DNA of 44,777 bases from a virus. Its lineage: Duplodnaviria; Caudoviricetes. Numbering within the stretch: the first letter of the stretch is position 1; every line of letters begins with the position of its first letter. The notes beneath the pieces were generated by a model. It was given only the letters and a program-made list of their open reading frames with translations. It did not search any database and had not been told where the DNA came from. A program made the translations under genes and the position numbers. Below are positions 18,513 through 28,306 of this stretch, in pieces. The stretch covers positions 1 to 44,777 of IMG/VR virus record IMGVR_UViG_3300021185_002469; one strand, written 5' to 3'.

Positions 18513-19912
18513 TGGCAGTAGAAAAACTCGGAGTAATTGTACCTTATAGAGACAGGTACGAACATCTCTTGAAGTTTAAAATGCTCATCCAAGCTAAGTT
18601 ACATGAAGCTAAAATCCCCTATGAACTAATAGTAGTAGAACAGGATGATAGTCAATCGTTCAATAGAGGGAAGCTTTTAAATATAGGATTTCAAGAGGCA
18701 GAAAGATTAGGATGCGATTACGTTGTATTTCACGACGTAGATATGGTCCCTAAGAAAGTAGACTATTCTTATGCAAACTACCCTGTACACCTAGCTACTT
18801 CAGATATACCATTCGAAGAGTACTTCGGAGGCATTACAATGTTTCCTATGGAAGACTTTAAAAAGATAAATGGCTTTTCTAACAGGTATTGGGGATGGGG
18901 ATTTGAAGATGATGACTTACTTCATAGATGTAAAATTAAAGGAATTAAATTAGATGAACTTCCTGTAAACGACGCAGGTCCTAACACAGCTGCTTTAAAG
19001 TTTAATGGAGTTAGTTCACATGTTGAAATACCTAATAGGATAAGAACAAGAGGTGATTTTACTGTCCATATATCATTAGAACCTACTGGTTATAGTTTAG
19101 ACTCTAAAAAGAGAGAAGACAAATACGTAGCTTTCGGTATACCAGGGTACGATTTCAATATTATGTATACTAGCTTTAGGAGATTTGCTGTTGAATTTTT
19201 CGATGGGAAAAAGAATCACCATTTTATATATTCTAATATAGTACCTAATGTTAAGACTACATTAACTTTTGTGTATAAAAGAAAAGAAGGAACCGCTACA
19301 CTGTACCAAGGTGCTAAACGTATAGGTGAAGAGAAGTTAGAATTCCCTATTAGACTTTATGATAAAGAAACTACTGCATATTTAGGATGCTCAGACCCAG
19401 AAAGAAAAGAAGATAATAACTTTTTTAAAGGTATAATTAATACTTATGCTATATGGAATAAAGCATTATCTTATGAAGAAATAGTAAGTATTCAAAACAA
19501 TAAGTATTTTGGATTAGCAGATAATTTTGATAGTTACATAAGCGCTGGTGACTTAGTTTCATATGGAGATGCTAAATTTATAAAAGAGTATAAATTAATG
19601 GATATAGCTAGACTCACAGAACCTAGTCAGATAGTAGACTGTGAAGTTATCAAGTATGATCTTCCTAAGCATAGAGTACTTAAAGTTCCATATAGAAGAA
19701 CTAGCGAATATAAAACTCTCAAACACGAAAATAACGGATTCTTAACAACAGGATGGAAAGACATTACAACTAGGTATAACCAGTTAAAGTTTATGAATGA
19801 AGTTATGTACGGTTCCACTACATTAGAACAAGACGGATTAAGTACGTTAAAGTTTAAAATACTATCTAACTCACATGTTAGAAATATAACCCAATTAACT
19901 GTTAAATTATGA
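18512..19912 (+). CDS. GT7 (beta-1,4-galactosyltransferase-like) glycosyltransferase with an inserted LamG/ConA-like domain
   Basis: GT7 motifs VPYRDR, FNRGKLLNIGF, FHDVD, YFGG, NGFSNRYWGWGFEDDD. Insert runs LKFNG...FFKGIINTYAIWNKALSYEEI. The GT7 C-terminus then resumes (YKTLKH...QDGLSTLKF). Confidence 0.85.
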   Translation: MAVEKLGVIVPYRDRYEHLLKFKMLIQAKLHEAKIPYELIVVEQDDSQSFNRGKLLNIGFQEAERLGCDYVVFHDVDMVPKKVDYSYANYPVHLATSDIPFEEYFGGITMFPMEDFKKINGFSNRYWGWGFEDDDLLHRCKIKGIKLDELPVNDAGPNTAALKFNGVSSHVEIPNRIRTRGDFTVHISLEPTGYSLDSKKREDKYVAFGIPGYDFNIMYTSFRRFAVEFFDGKKNHHFIYSNIVPNVKTTLTFVYKRKEGTATLYQGAKRIGEEKLEFPIRLYDKETTAYLGCSDPERKEDNNFFKGIINTYAIWNKALSYEEIVSIQNNKYFGLADNFDSYISAGDLVSYGDAKFIKEYKLMDIARLTEPSQIVDCEVIKYDLPKHRVLKVPYRRTSEYKTLKHENNGFLTTGWKDITTRYNQLKFMNEVMYGSTTLEQDGLSTLKFKILSNSHVRNITQLTVKL

Positions 19913-21324
19913 AACTAGGAGTATGTGTACCTTACCGTAATAGAGAAATGCACCTTAATGAGTTTATACCTAAAGTAGGTAAATACCTAAAGAGTCAAAA
20001 CATAGACTTTCAAATGTACTTTTGTCATCAAGTAGATGATAAACTGTTTAATCGAGGTGCTACAAAAAATATAGCTGCTAAACATGCTTTCGAAGATGGA
20101 TGTACACATATCGTATGGCACGATATAGATATGATACCAGAAGAAGAAGGTGGAGCAGATTATTCCTTTCCGGAAGAAGGACCAAGACATATTGCAACTC
20201 AAATATCTCAAATGAACTACGGTCTTAAGTATCACGAATATTTTGGTGGTGCTGTAGTATTTTCAAAAGAACACGTTTTAGCTACCAATGGATATTCTAA
20301 CGAATATTGGGATTGGGGTATGGAAGATGATGACCTTTTTTGGAGATGTAACAAAGAAGGCTTAACTAATAATACGTTTATAGAAGAATCTCTTACTTCT
20401 CAACCCTATAAGAAGTTTAACGGAGATAATTCTTTTATAAAAATACCTTTTAGTAAGTCAATGAGGTCTTTAAATTCTAGATCTCACACAGTTTCTGTAT
20501 TAATGAGAGCTAGGCAACAACCTGAAAAGAACCCTATATTCTTAATCGGGAGTAATGAAAGAAAATACGTAGAATACCCAGTCATTAGAGTTAAAGGATA
20601 TGATTACGGTATTGGATTTAATAATTCAAGAGCCATATCATTAACCTATTGGAATAACTTTCACCAACATAACTATATGTGGGTTAAAAGATATGATGAG
20701 CAATGGACCTGGGTTACAGCTGTATTTGATACTATGGAAAGAAAATCTCATTTCTATCTTAACGGATCAGAAGTAGATACTAGAGGAGGATTCGGTTCTA
20801 AGTCACCATTAGACTTTCAAGGTAGATTAAAAAGCTACGGTTCAGAACCATGGTACATCGGTACATCTCCTTCAGAACCTGATAATAGTACAATTAAGTT
20901 TTTCAAAGGAGATATTGCTAAAGTATTTGCTTGGAAAAGAAGACTAACACCTAAAGAAGTAGCAAATTTAGAGACTCATATCCCTAAAGATGATTTAACT
21001 ATCGATTTAGACTTTAAAGATCCAAAGACTGAATTTCAAGAGTATATGACTGAAACTCAAGTAGAGGATATTAAAATTCCTAACTCTATACTTCCGTTTA
21101 GAGCAGATGGTAGGTTCCGTTGTCTACCTCATGAAGATGAAGGAATAGTAAATGGAAAGTTTGCTAAAGGAGAGACAACAGCGAGAAATGAAAGAAGATA
21201 TGTACTTCAAATGCAACAAGATAAGATTGATTATAAGTCTGATGGAATTGCACAAGTACAATACGAATTAGTTGGAGAAAAAATACTTACCCCATGGGCG
21301 AAGATGATAGACATAAAACTTTAA
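19909..21324 (+). CDS. Second GT7 glycosyltransferase with an inserted LamG/ConA-like domain
   Basis: VPYRNR, FNRGATKN, WHDID, YFGG, NGYSNEYWDWGMEDDD. Insert runs KFNGDNS...FYLNG...FFKGDIAKVFAWKRRLTPKEV. C-terminus is FRCLPH...SDGIAQVQY. Confidence 0.85.
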   Translation: MKLGVCVPYRNREMHLNEFIPKVGKYLKSQNIDFQMYFCHQVDDKLFNRGATKNIAAKHAFEDGCTHIVWHDIDMIPEEEGGADYSFPEEGPRHIATQISQMNYGLKYHEYFGGAVVFSKEHVLATNGYSNEYWDWGMEDDDLFWRCNKEGLTNNTFIEESLTSQPYKKFNGDNSFIKIPFSKSMRSLNSRSHTVSVLMRARQQPEKNPIFLIGSNERKYVEYPVIRVKGYDYGIGFNNSRAISLTYWNNFHQHNYMWVKRYDEQWTWVTAVFDTMERKSHFYLNGSEVDTRGGFGSKSPLDFQGRLKSYGSEPWYIGTSPSEPDNSTIKFFKGDIAKVFAWKRRLTPKEVANLETHIPKDDLTIDLDFKDPKTEFQEYMTETQVEDIKIPNSILPFRADGRFRCLPHEDEGIVNGKFAKGETTARNERRYVLQMQQDKIDYKSDGIAQVQYELVGEKILTPWAKMIDIKL

Positions 21325-22694
21325 CTTCTCAGGAAGTAAAGGATAAATTAGATAGTGTTGGTTGTGGAATGTGTCTTGCTAAATGGACGCAAGTTACTAT
21401 GCATTTATCTATGGGTATGACTCATTCATGTCACCATCCATCACCTCATAAAGTACCTTTAGCTCAAATTAAACGTAATCCAACTGCATTACATAATACT
21501 AAGTTTAAAAAGCTTAAACGTAAAGAAATGCTCGAAGGTAAACGACCTGATGAGTGTAACTATTGTTGGAATGTAGAAGATAACTCAAACTCTTTTTCTG
21601 ATAGAGTATTTAAATCATCAGAACCTTGGTCAATTAAAAGTTACGATGACATTGTTAACGCTAACTGGAGAGATGACTTTAATCCTCGTTATGTAGAGGT
21701 CTCATTTTCTAATACTTGTAATTTTAAATGTGCATATTGTGGACCGCAATTTTCGTCAAAATGGGTAGATGAAATCGAAAAACATGGTGCTTATCCTACT
21801 TCTACGAAGTTCAACGGGATAGACCATTTAAGAGCGAAAGGAGAAATGCCGTATAAGCACTCAGAGCATAATCCTTATCTTGATGCATTTTGGGAATGGT
21901 GGCCAGATCTATACAGAGATCTACATACATTTAGAATTACTGGAGGTGAGCCTCTGCTAGCGAAGGATACTTTTAAGGTACTTGATTATATTATAGAACA
22001 AGAAGAACCTAATAAAGAATTAGCATTATCTATTAACTCTAATTTAGGAGTTCCTGATGCTTTGATTGATAAGTTTATTGAAAAAGCTAAGGTAATATGT
22101 GATAACGATAAAGTAAAAGAGTTAGTAGTATTTACTTCTGTAGAAGCTACAAAAGCACAAGCAGAATATACTAGATATGGTTTAGACTATGATAAGTTTT
22201 GGGTTAATGTAGAGAAGATACTTACTGAACTACCTAAAGTAACTATCAATGTGATGGCTACCTTTAATGCTCTATCTGTCTTTACATATGGAGAGTTAGT
22301 AGATAAGATTTTTGAGATAAAAAAGAAATACCATAACGGTCAAAGATATAGTATTTCAGCTATTCAATTAGATACCTCATATTTAAGGTGGCCTAATCAC
22401 CTTTCAGTTCGTATATTAGAAGAAGAGCATAAAGAGTTAATACTAGAAGCCGCTAAAAAAGCATTATATTATGGACAAAAAGAATTCAGTCATGAAGCAT
22501 ATGGATTTACTAATGTTGAAATTCAGAAGATCAAACGTATATATGATTATTCGAAGGCTCATAGTGCTTTATATGATATAGAAAAAAATAGAGAAGACTT
22601 TGTAATATTTGTTGACGAATTAGATAAAAGAAGAGGAACAAATTTCTTAGAGACTTTTCCTAAATTAGATAAAATGTATGCTGAATATAAGTAG
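21294..22694 (+). CDS. Radical SAM protein with an N-terminal twitch-like Cys domain
   Basis: CNFKCAYC (CxxxCxxC), ITGGEP and SINSN; N-terminal CLAKW...HSCHH...ECNYCW. Confidence 0.85.
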   Translation: MGEDDRHKTLTSQEVKDKLDSVGCGMCLAKWTQVTMHLSMGMTHSCHHPSPHKVPLAQIKRNPTALHNTKFKKLKRKEMLEGKRPDECNYCWNVEDNSNSFSDRVFKSSEPWSIKSYDDIVNANWRDDFNPRYVEVSFSNTCNFKCAYCGPQFSSKWVDEIEKHGAYPTSTKFNGIDHLRAKGEMPYKHSEHNPYLDAFWEWWPDLYRDLHTFRITGGEPLLAKDTFKVLDYIIEQEEPNKELALSINSNLGVPDALIDKFIEKAKVICDNDKVKELVVFTSVEATKAQAEYTRYGLDYDKFWVNVEKILTELPKVTINVMATFNALSVFTYGELVDKIFEIKKKYHNGQRYSISAIQLDTSYLRWPNHLSVRILEEEHKELILEAAKKALYYGQKEFSHEAYGFTNVEIQKIKRIYDYSKAHSALYDIEKNREDFVIFVDELDKRRGTNFLETFPKLDKMYAEYK

Positions 22695-23265
22695 TGGTAA
22701 TCCGTGGGTCTTTTGGCCAAGTCATATTTGTGATACCTTCCCAGAGTATCCTGCAAATAAAGTACTTACTGGATTAAATCCGTTTGAAGTATACTTTGAT
22801 TTAAAAGTAAAAAAAGTAGAAGGAGTGATAGGAACTCTATTTACCTTACTTCCTCATTATACAGCAATTGATATTTACGAAGGTAGATTACTGTTTACTA
22901 TGATGAATGAAGATAAGAAAACAGAGTACTGGGATCTACCATTTGCTATATTTGACGATGTAAGACTAAAAATTACCTGGAAGCATATTCCAAACCAAAG
23001 TTTCACAGTATTTATTAATAGTAGAGAGGTACATAAAGTAGACTTAACTGAAAAAGCTTTTGCAACTGAAATGGACCCTCATATTATTTTTGGGGCTGGA
23101 AACTTTCCTAAAAATGGGTATAATTTAAACTATACTGATATTGAGTTATATGAATTTAAGGTTACGCAAGAAGATAAATTACTTTGCCACCACACCTTTG
23201 AGGATTATATTTATGATAAATCAGTCGATTTAACTGGAGATTGTAACTTTATGAATAAAATATAA
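22678..23265 (+). CDS. Stand-alone LamG/ConA-like beta-sandwich protein (putative)
   Basis: FTVFINSREV, IIFGAGN and SVDLTG resemble the LamG inserts of the upstream GT7 proteins. Confidence 0.4.
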   Translation: MLNISSGNPWVFWPSHICDTFPEYPANKVLTGLNPFEVYFDLKVKKVEGVIGTLFTLLPHYTAIDIYEGRLLFTMMNEDKKTEYWDLPFAIFDDVRLKITWKHIPNQSFTVFINSREVHKVDLTEKAFATEMDPHIIFGAGNFPKNGYNLNYTDIELYEFKVTQEDKLLCHHTFEDYIYDKSVDLTGDCNFMNKI

Positions 23266-24795
23266 ATGGCAGATCAAAATTTAGTAAAATGGAGAACGGA
23301 ACATCTAGACTCTGTAAGTAAGAGTTTTTGTGCAGCTAAGTGGCTTAATGCATCTTTGCATTTAGGACACGGGTTTACTAACTCCTGTCACTTACCTTTA
23401 CCTCACCCGGTAGACTTAGAAGAGATTAAAACTAATCCTTCAGCATTACATAATACTATGTTCAAGAAGAAGATACGTAAGATGATGCTAGAAGGAGTTA
23501 GACCTGCAGAATGTTCGTACTGTTGGAAAGTAGAAGATATAGGTAATGATTCTATTGGAGATAGAGTTTTTAAAAGTAGAATATACTCCGATGAAGAAAT
23601 TGCCGAATTAGCTGAACTACCTTGGGATGCTGATGTTAATTTAAAAACAGTAGAAGTATCATTCGATAGAACTTGTAACTTTGCTTGTTCTTACTGTAAT
23701 ACTGGTTACTCAACTACATGGGCAAAAGATATTGAAGAAAACGGACCTTATCAGAAATTTAAAACGACTTCTGCAGGAGCTTATCATAGTGATGGTTCTT
23801 GGGCTGATATTTTTGGTAAAAATAATAAAGACAATCCTTACGTAGATGCTTTTATTGAATGGTGGCCAGACCTTGCACCTGGTTTACAGGAGCTAAGAGT
23901 CACAGGAGGAGAACCTTCTGCATCATTTAATTTTTGGAAATTCCTAGATAAGATGCAAGAAGTACCAGCACCTAATTTAAGATTAGCTGTAAACTCTAAT
24001 TTAGGAGTACATGATAAATTAATTAATAAATTAATTGATATGTCTAATACTCTTCCTATTAAAGAATTTGATTTATATACTTCTTGTGAAGCTTTTGGTA
24101 TTCAAGCCGAGTATATTAGAGATGGATTAGTATGGGATGTATGGAGAAATAATTTAGTAAAAGTTATAGAAGAAGGTAACTTCAGACAAGTGATTTGTAT
24201 GATGACTATAAATTCACTATGTTTATACTCTATAACTGAGTTTATGGATGATATGTTTGTACTTAAAGAAAAGTACGGAATGAATAACCCAGGTATTGAT
24301 TTAAATATACTTAGATGGCCAGCATTCATGTCTCCATTAAATTTACCTGATAGTGAGAAAAAGAAATTGCATAAAAAATTAGCAGACTGGTATGAGATTA
24401 AAAAGGAACATCCGTTAATGATGGACCATGAAAAAGCTCAAATCGAAAGGTTGATAGACTATATAGATGTTGTCGAGCAAGGACACGTAGAAACAGAAGA
24501 AGATAAATCTAAACATTTTCATGACTTTAAATCTTTTTATACACAATACGATAAAAGAAAAGGACATGACTTTAGAGAAGCTTTCCCTGACCCTGAACTC
24601 TTAGAGTGGTACGATAGTATTGAAGTAGATGAAACAATACCTGATGTTAAAGTGAATGATGGTAGAATAACTCACTTCGAATCTGGAGAATATAAACCTG
24701 ATATCGGTAAAGCAAAACCAACACTACCACCAGCAATAGCAGAGAGAAATAAAAAACAAGATAAAGGGAAAGTTAAATGGCAAAAGATCCTATAA
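23266..24795 (+). CDS. Second twitch-domain radical SAM protein (paralog of 21294)
   Basis: CNFACSYC, VTGGEP and AVNSNLG; N-terminal FCAAKW...NSCHLP...ECSYCW. It shares NP(T/S)ALHNT, EWWPDL and LRWP with 21294. Confidence 0.85.
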   Translation: MADQNLVKWRTEHLDSVSKSFCAAKWLNASLHLGHGFTNSCHLPLPHPVDLEEIKTNPSALHNTMFKKKIRKMMLEGVRPAECSYCWKVEDIGNDSIGDRVFKSRIYSDEEIAELAELPWDADVNLKTVEVSFDRTCNFACSYCNTGYSTTWAKDIEENGPYQKFKTTSAGAYHSDGSWADIFGKNNKDNPYVDAFIEWWPDLAPGLQELRVTGGEPSASFNFWKFLDKMQEVPAPNLRLAVNSNLGVHDKLINKLIDMSNTLPIKEFDLYTSCEAFGIQAEYIRDGLVWDVWRNNLVKVIEEGNFRQVICMMTINSLCLYSITEFMDDMFVLKEKYGMNNPGIDLNILRWPAFMSPLNLPDSEKKKLHKKLADWYEIKKEHPLMMDHEKAQIERLIDYIDVVEQGHVETEEDKSKHFHDFKSFYTQYDKRKGHDFREAFPDPELLEWYDSIEVDETIPDVKVNDGRITHFESGEYKPDIGKAKPTLPPAIAERNKKQDKGKVKWQKIL

Positions 24796-25826
24796 GAAGA
24801 AGATATATTAGAGTAGCAGAACCATGGGGCGGTGGACATACACCGTTTGATACAGGATTTGGTAATAGACTATTACACTATGATGCATGTCATATGATTG
24901 AATATGCTTCTAATACAGATCATCATCTCGAACTACAGTCTAATTTCTGGTATGAAATGAAATACATAGACTTACCTGGAGCTAGAACTAAAATATATAT
25001 AGGCAATACAGACGATGAAACTCAATGGTTAGCAACATATGATTTTGATTATGAAGAAAAGAAAATTACTGAGCTACCAGAAGTAAATAATAAAGTAGCA
25101 AAGGAGTTTACTAACATTAGAGATATCACAACTTATGATTTACCTGAAAATAGGTATACCACTTCATTTGATTGGGAATATATTGAACCAATACTAACTA
25201 AGGCTGCGGAATTAAAAATTCCTTCTGCTCTCAAGAGAATTAAAATAAAAGACCATCAACTAAGATCAGCAATCAGACAAATTGCAACTGGGTGTGTAGG
25301 GTTACATATAAGAAGAGGAAATGGAGTATATAAAACAAAGAAAAATTATGCTGAACTTCCTGATAGTGTAAGAGAAAACGAACACTATACTCAAATAAAC
25401 GACACAATATACAAATACTGGGAAGATAGTAAATACTCAGGTATAATAAAAGAGATGTTAGAGTATACTGAAACTCAAAAGTTCTATATCAGCTGTGATT
25501 TATTAGAATCAGAATACGAACATTTAAAAGATAAATTTAAAGCTAGAATATTCACTAGAAGAGACGTGATAAACATGTTACCAAAGTATCTGCTTCAAGA
25601 TATTAATTTTAATAATGTATTATGTCATAATAGAGTAGCATTAGAGAGCGTAATAGATATGATGTGTTTAGCAGGAACTAATTTTATAGTTGGTGCACCT
25701 CATTCTACATGGCTTGATTCAATTCAAAGAATTAAACCAGTACCGTTTTCATATATACACGATAGTAAAGATTCTATTATAAAAGAGTATAGACAATCAT
25801 TAAAACATTATTCAACACTGGTATGA
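24777..25826 (+). CDS. GT11/O-fucosyltransferase-like GT-B glycosyltransferase
   Basis: GFGNRL, VGLHIRRG (HxRxG), FYISCD and DMMCLA...IVGAPHSTW are GDP-sugar-binding motifs of the fucosyltransferase superfamily. Confidence 0.65.
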   Translation: MAKDPIRRRYIRVAEPWGGGHTPFDTGFGNRLLHYDACHMIEYASNTDHHLELQSNFWYEMKYIDLPGARTKIYIGNTDDETQWLATYDFDYEEKKITELPEVNNKVAKEFTNIRDITTYDLPENRYTTSFDWEYIEPILTKAAELKIPSALKRIKIKDHQLRSAIRQIATGCVGLHIRRGNGVYKTKKNYAELPDSVRENEHYTQINDTIYKYWEDSKYSGIIKEMLEYTETQKFYISCDLLESEYEHLKDKFKARIFTRRDVINMLPKYLLQDINFNNVLCHNRVALESVIDMMCLAGTNFIVGAPHSTWLDSIQRIKPVPFSYIHDSKDSIIKEYRQSLKHYSTLV

Positions 25827-26419
25827 GTTTTGGCATGGTAGGAGCATTCGAAAAACAAGTGGCTGAGTTCTACGGAGCAGATTACGGTGTGGCTGTAGAT
25901 TGCTGTACTCATGGGCTAGAACTTGCTTTAAGGTATACTAATGCAAAAGAAATATTAATTCCTTACCATACTTACCTTTCTGTTCCTATGTTAGCAGATA
26001 AATTAAATATAAAACGTACATTTATTCACGACGAATGGAAAGATTTCTATTATATAACTGATAATATTATTGATTCAGCTGTTTATTGGAAAAAAAATTC
26101 GTATATTAAAGGTACGTTCATGGTACTTTCTTTTCAGTTTCAAAAGCACTTAAGCTTAGGAAGAGGAGGAATGATACTTACCGATAATAGAATAGCATCT
26201 CATGAACTTAGATGTATGGCTTATGATGGTAGAGACAATTCAACAGGCCCTTGGGCTAAACAAGAAATAGAAACAATAGGATATCATTATTATATGACCC
26301 CAGAAGTAGCACAAAAAGGATTACATAGTATAAACGATGCAGTTGCTAAACCACCTAGAAATTGGACATATAAAGATTATCCTAACCTAACTAAATTTAA
26401 AGTATTTAACAATGGTTAA
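25823..26419 (+). CDS. Miniature DegT/DnrJ/EryC1/StrS-family PLP aminotransferase-like protein
   Basis: FEKQVAEFYGADYGVAVDCCTHGLELAL, IIDSA, LSFQFQKHLSLGRGGMILTD (PLP lysine) and GYHYYM; only 198 aa. Confidence 0.75.
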   Translation: MSFGMVGAFEKQVAEFYGADYGVAVDCCTHGLELALRYTNAKEILIPYHTYLSVPMLADKLNIKRTFIHDEWKDFYYITDNIIDSAVYWKKNSYIKGTFMVLSFQFQKHLSLGRGGMILTDNRIASHELRCMAYDGRDNSTGPWAKQEIETIGYHYYMTPEVAQKGLHSINDAVAKPPRNWTYKDYPNLTKFKVFNNG

Positions 26420-27422
26420 TGTAAAAAATGAATATAGCAGACTACGTGAAGTAATTGTAGGAAGAGTTGATAATGCTAATCAACCATTTCACGGTACTGA
26501 CTTACATGCAATTAATTATGCAGACAAAGATACTATTCCTACTTCAGAAAGAGGTTTATTTGATCCTCAAGTATATGAAGAGTCTATTGAAGACCTAGAT
26601 TTATTAGCAGAAGCTTTAGAAGACTTTGGAGCTATAGTACATAGACCAAATATACTAGACACTAAAAAAACCGTCTCTAACGGTTATTGGGAAACAGATC
26701 AATACTATACATTCTGCCCAAGAGATACTATGACAGTCATTGGAGATACCATTATAGAATCACCTATGACGTTAAGGTCTAGACAGTTTGAAACTGATGC
26801 TTATAGAGAGCTGTTTATTGATTATATGGATAAAGGAGCTAAATGGATATGTGCTCCTAAACCTAGATTAACAGATGATTCATATCAAAGAGACGATTTG
26901 GATAAACTTACATTAACTGAAGTAGAACCTGTATTTGATGCAGCTAATATACTCAGACATAATGATGATATTCTCTATCTTAATTCTAACACAGGAAACT
27001 ATAAAGGATATACTTGGTTAAAGAATTTGCTAGGAGATAAATATAAGGTACATTACTTAGAAAATATGTATTCGTATTCTCATATTGATTCTACGATTGC
27101 TATTCTTAGAGACGGTCTAGCACTTGTTAATCCGGCAAGAGTTAACGAAAATAATATGCCAGAATTATTTAAAGGGTGGGATATTATATATTCTCCTCCG
27201 ATGGTAGATATTGGATATAAAGGAGTATTAAGAGCATCTGAATGGGTAGGTATAAATCTAATCTCATTAGACGAGAATACAGTATGTGTGGATAATAGAC
27301 AAACAGAATTAATTAACGAACTAAAAAAATATAACATAGAAGCATTAGACTTAAAGATTAGACACTCTAGAACATTAGGAGGTTCTTTTCACTGTTGTAC
27401 TGCTGATATGGTAAGAGACTAA
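26412..27422 (+). CDS. Amidinotransferase (glycine amidinotransferase / StrB1 inosamine-phosphate amidinotransferase family)
   Basis: NEYSRLREVIVG, FCPRD, PVFDAAN, SNTGN, SHIDST and C-terminal GGSFHCCT; the Asp-His-Cys catalytic triad is present. Confidence 0.85.
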   Translation: MVNVKNEYSRLREVIVGRVDNANQPFHGTDLHAINYADKDTIPTSERGLFDPQVYEESIEDLDLLAEALEDFGAIVHRPNILDTKKTVSNGYWETDQYYTFCPRDTMTVIGDTIIESPMTLRSRQFETDAYRELFIDYMDKGAKWICAPKPRLTDDSYQRDDLDKLTLTEVEPVFDAANILRHNDDILYLNSNTGNYKGYTWLKNLLGDKYKVHYLENMYSYSHIDSTIAILRDGLALVNPARVNENNMPELFKGWDIIYSPPMVDIGYKGVLRASEWVGINLISLDENTVCVDNRQTELINELKKYNIEALDLKIRHSRTLGGSFHCCTADMVRD

Positions 27423-27424
27423 TT

Positions 27425-28306
27425 ATGAAATTTACATTAATAGGAGGAGCAGGCTTTATAGGATCTCAATTATGTTATAATTTAACTGATGCAGGACATA
27501 AAGTAACAGTAATAGATAACCTAACATATGGGCAACAACAACCAGAAATTCCCGCAGTTAACTTTATACAGGATGATGTAGAAAATGTAGGTAGGTACGT
27601 AACAGAACTTAATCAAGCTGACTATGTCTTTTTTATGGCATCACCTAGATTAAACGAAATGAATGATATACCTTTACATCAACCTCATTTACAGGGACTA
27701 AAGACAACCTTAGATATATGTAAAGACAACAACACTGAAGTAATATTCTTCAGTAGCTGTTCAGTTTATGGATATAGAAAGGAAATAGTAAGCGAGTTAA
27801 CTCCAACTAAAGTCACTTCACTATACTCTAAACTTAAAATAGATTCTGAAAACCTACTTAAAAAGTACGATATAGATAGGTTTAAAATTATTAGGCTTTC
27901 AACTTTATTTGGTCTATCCAGAGTAGGAAGAAATGATCTACTGGTAAACAATTTTGTAAAAGACGCGCTGTTTAGTCAATACCTAGAAGTATATGACCCA
28001 GAAGCATGGAGACCTAATATCAATTTACAAACACTCTGTGTAGTTCTTAAAGAATTATCTGAAAAAAATGCTTTTCAAGATATACTTAATATTGGGTTTA
28101 ATTCTATGAATACTACTAAACAAGAACTTATACTTAAAATGGTAACAAGAAATAAATTAGATTTTGCTGTTAAGTATTACTCTCCTGATGATAGTAGAAG
28201 TTATAAAGTAGACTTTAGTAAAATGGAAAAACTAGTAAAGGAAGAACCTATTCAATATGTAGACGGTATTGATCACCTAATACAAAATTTCAAAGAAAGA
28301 ACATGA
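27425..28306 (+). CDS. NAD-dependent epimerase/dehydratase (extended SDR)
   Basis: GGAGFIGS, FSSCSVYG, YSKLK (YxxxK) and RLSTLFG. Confidence 0.85.
   Translation: MKFTLIGGAGFIGSQLCYNLTDAGHKVTVIDNLTYGQQQPEIPAVNFIQDDVENVGRYVTELNQADYVFFMASPRLNEMNDIPLHQPHLQGLKTTLDICKDNNTEVIFFSSCSVYGYRKEIVSELTPTKVTSLYSKLKIDSENLLKKYDIDRFKIIRLSTLFGLSRVGRNDLLVNNFVKDALFSQYLEVYDPEAWRPNINLQTLCVVLKELSEKNAFQDILNIGFNSMNTTKQELILKMVTRNKLDFAVKYYSPDDSRSYKVDFSKMEKLVKEEPIQYVDGIDHLIQNFKERT

Noticed and set aside
26412-27422. Archaeosine/7-deazaguanine DNA modification role for the amidinotransferase
   Set aside because: It is a pentein-fold AGAT/StrB-type enzyme, not ArcS, QueF-like or GAT-QueC, and no folE/queD/queE/queC/dpdA genes are visible in the window.
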